Below, piece after piece: positions 11,406-19,447 of a stretch of DNA of 64,000 bases. Position 1 is the stretch's first letter. Every line of letters starts with the position of its first letter. Made by a program: the position numbers and the translations under genes. The notes under the pieces are model-generated. The model saw only the letters and a program-made list of their open reading frames with translations. It was not told where the DNA came from and searched no databases. Source of the stretch: an uncultured Gemmatimonadales bacterium (GTDB taxonomy: Bacteria; Gemmatimonadota; Gemmatimonadetes; Gemmatimonadales; GWC2-71-9); NCBI GenBank assembly GCA_963739455.1, contig CAVUAK010000001.1:2336001-2400000 (forward strand), read 5' to 3'.

Positions 11406-11951
11406 TTACTGAACGATGGCGCGGAGGTTGAGCGTGCCGGTGTAGACGCCGGCGTTGGGCGTCGGCTGGCCCGTGAAATCGAGCCCAAGGTCGAGGTTGG
11501 TGGTCGCGGTTCCATTGAGTGGGGTGGCGTTCACGCTCCAGAGCTGCAGCGACGCACCCGCGACACCCACACCGGCCACGGCGGCAGCAGTGAAGGGGGC
11601 GAAGGCCGCAACGCCGGTGCGACCTACCACCCGGGCGGAGGCAATGTTGTTGGCGCCGCTGGTGAGGGCGGTGGCCGGCGCCGCGAACCAGCCGACAAGG
11701 CGGATCGTGGTGCCAGCGGTGAGGTTCCACGTCGTGGTGACGTTCAGTCCTGGGAACTGCGTCAGGACGCCCGCGCCGATGGCCGGCATGGTGACCGACG
11801 CGGCGCTGGCGCTCAGCGTCAGCGTCGAGGCCTGGGTGGCATTGAGCACGACGGTCGCAGTGTTCGAGCCGAGACCGACCTGGGCCTGCGCTGTGCCGGC
11901 CACGAGGGCCAGCGCACCAACCATCAGGACCTGCTTGATCATCCGATTCAT
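11406..11951 (-). CDS. Pilin-like subunit 2
   Basis: Signal peptide AQA-Q; C-terminal NAGVYTGTLNLRAIVQ (chaperone-usher pilin terminal strand). Confidence 0.7.
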   Translation of the reverse strand: MNRMIKQVLMVGALALVAGTAQAQVGLGSNTATVVLNATQASTLTLSASAASVTMPAIGAGVLTQFPGLNVTTTWNLTAGTTIRLVGWFAAPATALTSGANNIASARVVGRTGVAAFAPFTAAAVAGVGVAGASLQLWSVNATPLNGTATTNLDLGLDFTGQPTPNAGVYTGTLNLRAIVQ

Positions 11952-11969
11952 TTCAATGGCTCCTGTTGG

Positions 11970-12518
11970 TTACTGAACGACAGCGCGAAGGTTGAGCGTG
12001 CCGGTGTAGGTGCCGGCATTGGGCGGAAGCTGGCTGGTGTAGTCGAGCCGGAGATCGAGGTTCGTGGTCGCGGTGCTGTTGAGCGGCGTCGCGGCGACGC
12101 TCCAGAGCTGGGCGGTACCGGAGGCCACGCCCTGGCCGGCGACAGCGTTGCCGGTGAACGGGACGTAGGCGGCGACGCCGGTGCGACCGAGCACCCGTGC
12201 GGAGGCGATGTTGCCGCCGGGACCGGTCAGCGCCGAAGCCGGCGTGGCGAACCAGCCGACGAGGACGATGTTGGCGCCTGCGGTCAGGTTCCACGCCGCG
12301 GTGACGTTGAGTGACGGGAAGTCGGTCGTGGTGCCGGCGTTGATGGCGGCGATCGTAGTCGAGCCGACGCTGGTGCTGAGCGTCAGAGTCGAGCTCTGGG
12401 TCGCGTTGAGCAGAACCGTACTCGGCGCGGCATTCGACAGGAGGCCGACCTGGGCCGACGCCGTATTGGCGGTCAGGGCAAGGGCGGCGAGGGCGAGCAG
12501 GCTGCGGGTGCTGCGCAT
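11970..12518 (-). CDS. Pilin-like subunit 1 (major candidate)
   Basis: AGGAG RBS; signal peptide ASA-Q; C-terminal NAGTYTGTLNLRAVVQ; close paralog of subunit 2. Confidence 0.7.
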   Translation of the reverse strand: MRSTRSLLALAALALTANTASAQVGLLSNAAPSTVLLNATQSSTLTLSTSVGSTTIAAINAGTTTDFPSLNVTAAWNLTAGANIVLVGWFATPASALTGPGGNIASARVLGRTGVAAYVPFTGNAVAGQGVASGTAQLWSVAATPLNSTATTNLDLRLDYTSQLPPNAGTYTGTLNLRAVVQ

Positions 12519-12600
12519 GGGGTCGATCTCCTAAAGGGTCGAGCGTGTGACGCGAAAGTGGACGGTTGCCGCTCGCGAAGGCGGCATTTGGGTCGAGGTA

Positions 12601-12618
12601 AGTCAATTGATGTGCCGA
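12601..12618 (-). promoter_or_regulatory. Possible sigma-54 (-24/-12) promoter for the pilus operon
   Basis: Minus strand tCGGCAC-ATCAA-TTGAct vs consensus TGGCAC-N5-TTGC. Confidence 0.35.
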
Positions 12619-12663
12619 TTGTGGGGTGGCGAGGTGTAGAGGAAGGGGACAGTGGCGAGAAAT

Positions 12664-12755
12664 GAGTCGGCAGTCGGCAGTCGGCAGTCGTCAGGGAGTG
12701 AGCAGTCATCAGCCGACGACTTTCTGCCGACTGCCGACAGACGACTGCCGACTGC
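12664..12755. repeat. Inverted pair of 7-bp arrays (CAGTCGG/CAGTCGT arm then CCGACTG arm)
   Basis: gagtcggcagtcggcagtcggcagtcgtcag...ccgactgccgacagacgactgccgactgc. Confidence 0.85.
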
Positions 12756-12812
12756 TTCTGTGCGTTGACTGGGGGGATGGGCGGGTCTAACTTCTTCCCC
12801 CGCAACAACCTT

Positions 12813-12901
12813 GGACAGGTGGCCGAGTGGCTCAAGGCGCACGCCTGGAAAGTGTGTATACGGCTCAAACCGTATCGAGGGTTCGAATCCCTCCCTGTCC
12901 G
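12813..12901 (+). tRNA. tRNA-Ser(GGA)
   Basis: Acceptor GGACAGG/CCTGTCC, anticodon arm CACGC-ctGGAaa-GTGTG, long variable arm, GGTTCGAATCC T-loop; CCA not encoded. Confidence 0.97.
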
Positions 12902-12907
12902 TGATGG

Positions 12908-12951
12908 AAGACGTGAAGGCGTGAGGACGTGAAGACCAAGGACGTGAGGAC
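12908..12951 (+). repeat. 8-bp tandem array (GACGTGAA/GACGTGAG) after the tRNA 3' end
   Basis: gaagacgtgaaggcgtgaggacgtgaagaccaaggacgtgaggac. Confidence 0.65.
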
Positions 12952-13761
12952 TTGAACGAAAAAATCCCGCGTCCTTATCCCTTGCCGTTGCTGGATGACG
13001 AAGGCGCTGATGCTCCGGAGTTACTGCACCTGGATGGTGTGGAGCATCCGGCGCTGGGTGGGGGACGCGACGTCATTGTGGCGCTGCCGCCGGCCGCGGT
13101 GCGGATCCCGGGGCGGCGTTTTCGTGTGCTCTATATGCACGATGGCCAGAACCTGTTCGACCCGGAGACGAGCTTCGCCGGGGACTGGCAGCTAGGGCCG
13201 ACGCTGGCGCACCATGCGCGACTCGGCCGGCACGCGATCGTCGTGGCGGTGCCGAACGGGCGGGAGCGGCGGGTCAACGAATACACGCCGTTCGAGGACA
13301 CGGTGCGGGGCGGCGGTGCCGCCGACGCGTACCTCACCTTCCTTGCCGATGTGCTCAAGCCGTTGATCGACTCCCATTTTCCCACGCTGCCGGGGCGGGA
13401 ATTCACGTCGATCGCGGGGAGCTCGCTGGGCGGACTGCTGAGCATCTACGCGCACTTCCGGCGCCCGGATATCTTCGGGGCGTCGGCGGTGCTGAGCCCC
13501 GCGCTCTGGTTCGCCGACGGGGCAATCCATCGGTACATTACCGACGCACCAGCGGTCGGTGGCCGGATTTATCTCGATGTCGGCATCGAGGAAGGCCCCG
13601 ACGAACTGGCGGATGTGCGCCGGCTCCGCGACCAGCTGGTCGCGCGTGGCTACCGTCTGGACGACACCCTGCGCTATGTCGAGGAAGAGGGCGCCGACCA
13701 CCATGAGTCACGGTGGGGCGGCCGCTTCCGCGATGCGCTTCCGTTCCTCCTGGGGACCTGA
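12952..13761 (+). CDS. Alpha/beta hydrolase (putative esterase, IroE/Fes-like)
   Basis: VLYMHDGQNLFD, GSSLGG nucleophile elbow, HHESRWGGRF. Confidence 0.88.
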   Translation: MNEKIPRPYPLPLLDDEGADAPELLHLDGVEHPALGGGRDVIVALPPAAVRIPGRRFRVLYMHDGQNLFDPETSFAGDWQLGPTLAHHARLGRHAIVVAVPNGRERRVNEYTPFEDTVRGGGAADAYLTFLADVLKPLIDSHFPTLPGREFTSIAGSSLGGLLSIYAHFRRPDIFGASAVLSPALWFADGAIHRYITDAPAVGGRIYLDVGIEEGPDELADVRRLRDQLVARGYRLDDTLRYVEEEGADHHESRWGGRFRDALPFLLGT

Positions 13762-13767
13762 CCTCAC

Positions 13768-14488
13768 GTGCTTCACGAGCATCACCACTGGCACAGCTCG
13801 CAGCTCGAACCGCGAGATGCACCTCGACGTGTGGGGCCACGCCGGCGCGCGGGTCATCGTGTTCCCCACGACGATGGGGACGTGGCGCGAGTGGCCCGAC
13901 CGGCGGATGCCGGAGGTGCTCTCGGAGCACCTCGAGAACGGCTGGATCCAGATGTACTTCCTGGACCAGGTGCACGACGAGAGCTGGTACGGAAAGCAGC
14001 TGCACCCGGGCGCCCGGGCGTGGCGCCACCTGCAGTACGACGCGTATGTGCACCAGGAAGTGCTGCCGTTCTCGCAGTCGCGGAACAGCAACCCATTCGT
14101 GATCGCGACCGGGGCGAGCTTCGGCGCATACCACGCGGCGACGTTCGCGTTCCGTCACCCGGAAGCGGTGAACCGGATGATCGGGATGAGCGGGCTCTAC
14201 GACGTGAAGCACATGACGGACGGGTACTCGGACGCGAACGTGTACGCGGCCAACCCGTTCGACTTCATCCGGCACGAATGGGAGGCCTCGCGGCTCGAGG
14301 CGCTCCGTCGCATGGACATCATCTTCGCGATCGGCCGGGGCGACCCATCCTACCAGAACAACGTCGATTTCTCCGCGATGCTGTGGGACAAGGGGATCGG
14401 GAATGCGCTCCGGGTGTGGGACGGTCATGCGCATGACTGGCCGTATTGGGAAAAGATGATCAAGACGTATATAGGCGGGAGCGACTAG
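13768..14488 (+). CDS. Esterase-family protein (frameshift ~13808)
   Basis: WHSSQL(N)REM..WGHAGARVIVFPT, GASFGAYHA, HDWPYW. Confidence 0.85.
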
Positions 14489-14490
14489 GC

Positions 14491-14576
14491 GCAGTCGGCA
14501 GTCGTCGACGTAAGTCGACAGTCGTGAGCTGATTCGCCGATGGCTGACGACTCCCTGACGACTGCCGACTGACGAC
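14491..14576. repeat. Inverted pair of 7-bp CAGTCGK arrays between esterase and ATP-grasp genes
   Basis: gcagtcggcagtcgtcgac..gtcgacagtcgtgag..ctgacgactccctgacgactgccgactgacgac. Confidence 0.85.
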
Positions 14577-14593
14577 CATTGGAGACATGAGCA

Positions 14594-15536
14594 ATGAGTG
14601 AACCGATCAAGGTCGGATTGATGGTAGGCCGCGAGTGGTCCTTCCCACCGGCATTCATCGCCGAAGTAGCAAAGCGCGATGCCGGCGTGGTGGTCGAGTA
14701 CGTCAAGCTCGGCGCGCCGAGGATGGACGGTCCGTGTCCGTGGCGGGTGATCATCGACCGGATCTCGCATGAAGTGCCGATGTACCGCTCGTTCCTGAAG
14801 CAGGCGGTGCTGCAGGGCACGACGGTGGTGAACAATCCCGTTCATGTGGACCGCGGACGACAAGTTCTTCGGTGCCGCGCTGGCGACGTCGCTCGGCATT
14901 GCGCACCCGAAGACGGTGGTGCTGCCGAACAAGGCGTACGTCGCGGGGATCAAGCACGACGAGAGCCTGCGCAACCTGGAGTATCCGCTCGACTGGGACG
15001 CGATCGTGAAGCACATCGGGCTGCCGTGCGTGCTCAAGGATGCGCATGGCGGCGGGTGGCGCGACGTGTACATCTGCAAGACCAAGGACGAGCTGATCCG
15101 CGACTACGACCAGTCGGGGCTCCTGAGCATGGTGCTGCAGGAGTTCGTGCACTGGGAGCAGTTCATCCGCTGCATGTGCCTGGGGCAGCAGGACATCCTG
15201 CCGATGAAGTACGACCCGCGGGAGCGGAAGTACATCGTGGAGGAGGGGCACCTGGCACCGGCGCTCCACGACCGGATCGTGAAGGACTCGCTGACGCTGG
15301 TGCAGGCGCTGGGCTACGACATGAACTCGATCGAATGGGCAGTGAAGGATGGGGTGCCGTACGCGATCGACTTCATGAACCCGGCGCCGGACATGGACAT
15401 CAACAGCCTCACGCCGGAGTACTTCCAGTGGGTGGTGACGCACATGGCGGACATGGTGATCCGCCTGGCGAAGGAGCCGCCGCGGGCGGCGCCGAAGCGC
15501 TGGAACCAGTTCCTCGGCGGGCGGGTAGCGCGCTGA
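14594..15536 (+). CDS. RimK-like ATP-grasp amidoligase (frameshift ~14843)
   Basis: IIDRISH, VVNNP..DDKFF, PKTVVLP, VLKDAHGGGWRDVY, LQEFV, IEWAVKDGVPYAIDFMNPAPD. Confidence 0.85.
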
Positions 15537-15552
15537 GCCGGAGCGCACGCAG

Positions 15553-16914
15553 GTGACGCCCGAGCTCGGGGACGCGATCGCGCGCTATCACGATGGCCTG
15601 ACGCCGGCACTCGCGGAAGAGTCGGAGGCGTGGCTGTCGGCGCGACTGGCCGACCGGAAGATGATGTTCGGGTCGCGCCCGCTCTGCACGGTGGTGCGCC
15701 CGCGCTTCCTGACGCGTGACGCCTACCGGCAGATCCAGCAGGCGGGTGCGGCCATCGGCCGGGCGTTCACGCGGGCGCACGAGGCGGCGATGGCGCGTCC
15801 CGACGTGCTGGCGCAGTTCCGGCTCACCGACTGGGAAAAGACGCTGCTGGGCGATGATGACGGCCTGCCGGTGCCGAGTCCGCTGGGCCGCTACGATGCG
15901 TTCTTCGCGGAAGACGGGGCGGGGCTCAAGTTCACCGAGAACAACGCGGAGACGCCGGCTGGCTCGGCGTATGGTGACGTGCTGAGCGAGTTGTTCCTGG
16001 CACTGCCGGGGCTCAAGCCGTTCCGCCGGCACTACGATGTGCGCTCCCTGCCGAGCCGGCCGTCGGTGCTGCAGACACTGCTGGAATGTTTCCATGCGGC
16101 GACGGGGCGGCGCGACCTGCCGGTGATCGGGATCATCGACTGGCACGAGGTACCGACGCAGAGCGAGTTCCAGGCATTCAAGGCGTGGTTCGAGTCGCTC
16201 GGCTTCACGTGCGTGATCGCCGACCCACGCGAGCTGGAGTACAGCGGCGGGAAGCTCCGGGCCGGCGGCACGGTGATCGACCTGATCTACAAGCGGGTGC
16301 TGATCCACGAGCTGGTGGGGCGCGAGGGGATGGATCACCCGATGGTGCGGGCGGTGCGGGAGCGGGCGGTGGTGATGGTGAACCCGTTCCGCTGCAAGGT
16401 GCTCCACAAGAAGGCGAGCCTGGCGGTGCTGAGCGACGAGCGGAACGCGGCGCTGTTCGATGCACCGATGCAGCAGGCGATCGCGGCGCACATTCCGTGG
16501 ACGCGGGTGGTGGAAGCGCGGACGACGACGTGGCGGGGCAAGGACGTGGACCTGCTGGACCATGTCGCGCGGCATCGCGCGCAGTTCGTGCTGAAGCCGA
16601 ACGACGACTACGGCGGCACGGGGATCGTGCTCGGCTGGGAAGTCGATGACGCGGTATGGGCGCGGGCGCTCGCGGCCGCGATCGAGGCGCCGTCGGTGGT
16701 GCAGGAGCGAATTCACCAGCCGAGCGAGGCTTTTGGGGCCTGGATCGATGGTGAACTAGTCGTCAGTGACAGGATCGTGGACACGGCACCGTACGTCTTT
16801 GGTGGTGCCTATGTTGATGGATGCCTTAGCAGGATCTCCACGGCTGCGTTGGTCAATGTCACCGCGGGCGGTGGGAGCACGATTCCTACTTTTGTCGTTG
16901 AGAGTCGGCAGTAG
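15553..16914 (+). CDS. Circularly permuted ATP-grasp (type 2 / Gsp-synthetase-like) ligase
   Basis: GRYDAF..KFTENNAETPAG, IDLIYKRVL, VLKPNDDYGGTGIVLG, VVQE, LVNVTAGGG. Confidence 0.85.
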   Translation: MTPELGDAIARYHDGLTPALAEESEAWLSARLADRKMMFGSRPLCTVVRPRFLTRDAYRQIQQAGAAIGRAFTRAHEAAMARPDVLAQFRLTDWEKTLLGDDDGLPVPSPLGRYDAFFAEDGAGLKFTENNAETPAGSAYGDVLSELFLALPGLKPFRRHYDVRSLPSRPSVLQTLLECFHAATGRRDLPVIGIIDWHEVPTQSEFQAFKAWFESLGFTCVIADPRELEYSGGKLRAGGTVIDLIYKRVLIHELVGREGMDHPMVRAVRERAVVMVNPFRCKVLHKKASLAVLSDERNAALFDAPMQQAIAAHIPWTRVVEARTTTWRGKDVDLLDHVARHRAQFVLKPNDDYGGTGIVLGWEVDDAVWARALAAAIEAPSVVQERIHQPSEAFGAWIDGELVVSDRIVDTAPYVFGGAYVDGCLSRISTAALVNVTAGGGSTIPTFVVESRQ

Positions 16915-16980
16915 GGTCGTCAGTCGGCAGAGGGTCGTCAGTCGTCAGTCGTCAGTCGTCAGTGAGTCGACAGTCGTCAG
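16902..16980 (+). repeat. 7-bp CAGTCGT/CAGTCGG array, left arm flanking the four-helix-bundle gene
   Basis: gagtcggcagtagggtcgtcagtcggcagagggtcgtcagtcgtcagtcgtcagtcgtcagtgagtcgacagtcgtcag. Confidence 0.9.
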
Positions 16981-17344
16981 CTGCCCGGTGAGAGTGATTG
17001 GTTCCGTGCGAGGGCGTGCAGCATCCGGCTGATTTCGTCGATCCGCTGGTCCATCAGTTGATGGTCAGATTGGCTGATGAGGTCGAGCTCTCGCGCAATG
17101 TAGCACTTGGGCACGGAGTTCGTGCAGCGAGCCTCGCGCAATGAGGATGAAGCGCTGGAATTCGGCCGGGGTGCCACGGCCGGAGCCCTCAGCGATATTT
17201 GAGACGACGGATACGGCGGCACGGCGGCACTGGGCGGTAAGACCAAACATCTCGCCTCGCGGGAAGCGTGCCAGTGACCCGATACAACTCCACGACCATT
17301 CGAGTCGAGAGTTGCCAGACCTTCAGGCGGCGGAAATCTCCCAT
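16977..17344 (-). CDS. Four-helix-bundle protein (23S rRNA IVS protein / bAvd-like family; two frameshifts)
   Basis: MGDFRRLKVWQ..LYRVT..P..EMFGLTAQCRRAAVSVVSNIAEGSGR..EFQRFILIARGSLHEL..QV..IARELDLI..EISRML, the family signature. Confidence 0.9.
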
Positions 17345-17410
17345 GGGGCACAGTAGCGAACGGAACGATCGCAGTGCACACCGGGGGGCCGCTATGCGGT
17401 GCCTTTTCTC

Positions 17411-17457
17411 GCGACTCACGACTCTCTCACGACTGACGACTGTCGACTGCCGACTCC
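17411..17457 (-). repeat. 7-bp array, right arm (reverse complement of the left arm)
   Basis: gcgactcacgactctctcacgactgacgactgtcgactgccgactcc. Confidence 0.9.
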
Positions 17458-17458
17458 C

Positions 17459-18579
17459 ATGAAACCACCATCGCTGACCATCGGCATCGAAGAGGAATAC
17501 CAGATCATCGATCCCGACACCCGGGAGCTCAAGAGCTACATCACGGAGATCCTGAAGGAAGACTCCATGGTGCTGGGCGAGGTGAAGCCGGAACTGCACC
17601 AGTCGATGGTGGAGGTGGGCACGAAGGTGTGCCACACGCCGGCCGAGGTGCGGGCGGAACTGGTCCGGCTCCGCGGCCTGGTGATGGGGCTCGCGGGGAA
17701 GAACGGCCTGCGTATCGCCGCGGCCGGGACGCACCCGTTCTCGTCGTGGATGACGCAGGAGATCACGCCGCTCGAGCGCTATGCCGGCGTGCAGGAGGAC
17801 ATGCAGGACCTGGCGCAGCAGCTGCTGATCTTCGGCACGCACGTCCACATCGGCATCGAGGACCGGGAGTTCCTGATCGACTGCATGAACGTGGTGCGCT
17901 ACATGCTGCCGCACGTGCTGGCGCTGTCGACGAGCTCGCCGTTCTGGCTGGGGCGGCAAACGGGGCTGAAGTCGTACCGGAGCGTCGTCTTCCGGAACTT
18001 CCCGCGCACCGGGCTTCCGCCCACGATGGAGTCGTGGAACGAGTTCTCCACGCTGGTGGACGGGATGGTCAGCACCAACTGCATCCCGAACGCGTCCAAG
18101 ATCTGGTGGGACGTGCGGCCGAGCTGGAGCTACCCGACGCTCGAGTTCCGCATCTGCGACGTGTGCACGCGGGTGGACGAGGCGGTGTGCATCGCGGCCA
18201 TCTTCCAGGCGATCATCGCCAAGCTGTGGAAGCTGCGGCGCGACAACATGACGTTCCGGCAGTACGGCGCCGGCGCTCATCGAGGAGAACAAGTGGCGCG
18301 CGGTGCGCTACGGCCTCGACGGCAAGCTGATCGACTTCGGGCAGCAGCGCGGAACTGCCGGCGCGCGACCTGATCCGCGAGCTGATCGAGTGGTTCATCG
18401 GCGACGTGGTGGACGAGCTGGGATCGCGGAAGGAAGTGGAGTACGCGTACAAGATCCTGGCGGAGGGGACGAGCGCCGACCGGCAGCTGCGGACGTTCCA
18501 GCAGACGGGGAACCTGCACTCGGTGGTGGACCAGCTGATCGCGGAGACGGAAGAAGGAGTCGTGAGTCGTCAGTCGTGA
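17459..18579 (+). CDS. ybdK: Carboxylate-amine ligase YbdK / GCS2 (glutamate--cysteine ligase-like; frameshifted at 3' end)
   Basis: [71 protein letters not shown]. Confidence 0.9.
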
Positions 18580-18604
18580 GTCGTGAGTCAGTCGTCAGTC
18601 GTCA
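18557..18604 (+). repeat. 7-bp GAGTCGT/CAGTCGT array overlapping the ybdK stop
   Basis: gagtcgtgagtcgtcagtcgtgagtcgtgagtcagtcgtcagtcgtcac. Confidence 0.85.
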
Positions 18605-18627
18605 CTGTGAGAGGGCACCGAGCATAC

Positions 18628-19412
18628 ATGAGTCATTCCAAGCCATTGATCGGTGTGACGACGCAGTCGCTGCAGGCGGTGGAGGGGATTCCTCCAACGA
18701 TGCCGCCGTCGTGGATCATGAACCGCATGTACCTCGACGCGCTGGTGCGGGCGGGGGCGGCACCGGTGCTGCTGCCGCTGCTGGCGGACCAGCCGGCGGT
18801 GCTGCGGGAACTCTATGAGCGACTGGATGGCCTGCTGCTGCCGGGCGGGGTGGACATCGAGCCCTCGACCTTTGGCGAGGAGCGGCATGCGTTGCTGCGC
18901 CGACACGGACCCGCCGCGCGACGTGGTGGAACTGCAGCTCGCGCGCTGGGCGCTGGCGGACGGGATGCCGGTGCTGGGTCTCTGTCGCGGGCTGCAGATC
19001 CTGAACATCGCCGCGGGCGGGACGCTGTTCCAGGATGTCGCGGCGCAGCGGTACGGGTCGCAGAAGCACGACTATCGAGCCGCCGGAGCATACGCGCGAC
19101 TTCCTGGCGCACGAGGTGGAGCTGGTGCCGGGCTCGCGGCTGCATGCGCTGGTGGGTGCGTCGTCGGCACCGGTGAACAGCATGCATCACCAGGGGATCC
19201 AGCGGCTGGGTTCCGGTCTCGCCGCCACGGCGCATGCGCCCGACGGGCTGATCGAGGCGATCGAGGGATCGGGCGAAGGCTTCGCGCTCGGGGTGCAGTG
19301 GCACCCGGAATCGCTGGAGCCACACGACGACACATCCCGGGCACTGTTCCGGGAGTTCGTGGCGGCAACCCTCGAACCGATGCGGGGTACGAGAAGGCCA
19401 ATCAGCGGGTAG
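18628..19412 (+). CDS. Peptidase C26 / gamma-glutamyl-gamma-aminobutyrate hydrolase-like (frameshifted)
   Basis: [46 protein letters not shown] (Cys-His-Glu triad). Confidence 0.88.
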
Positions 19413-19447
19413 TCCCCTTCATTCTCCACACCAACCCGAGGCTTCGC

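Noticed and set aside
12519..12660. c-di-GMP riboswitch upstream of the pilins
   Set aside because: Only a simple hairpin; the GEMM consensus elements are not recognisable.
12813..12951. Genomic island or prophage integrated at tRNA-Ser
   Set aside because: No integrase and no duplicate of the tRNA 3' end noticed in the window.
13538..16716. Long antisense and alternate-frame ORFs (e.g. 515 aa, 435 aa; many others window-wide)
   Set aside because: Arg/Pro/Ala-rich shadow ORFs expected at high GC, overlapping well-supported genes.
16977..17344. Diversity-generating retroelement (Avd-like gene)
   Set aside because: No reverse transcriptase and no TR/VR pair with adenine-specific mismatches was seen in the window.
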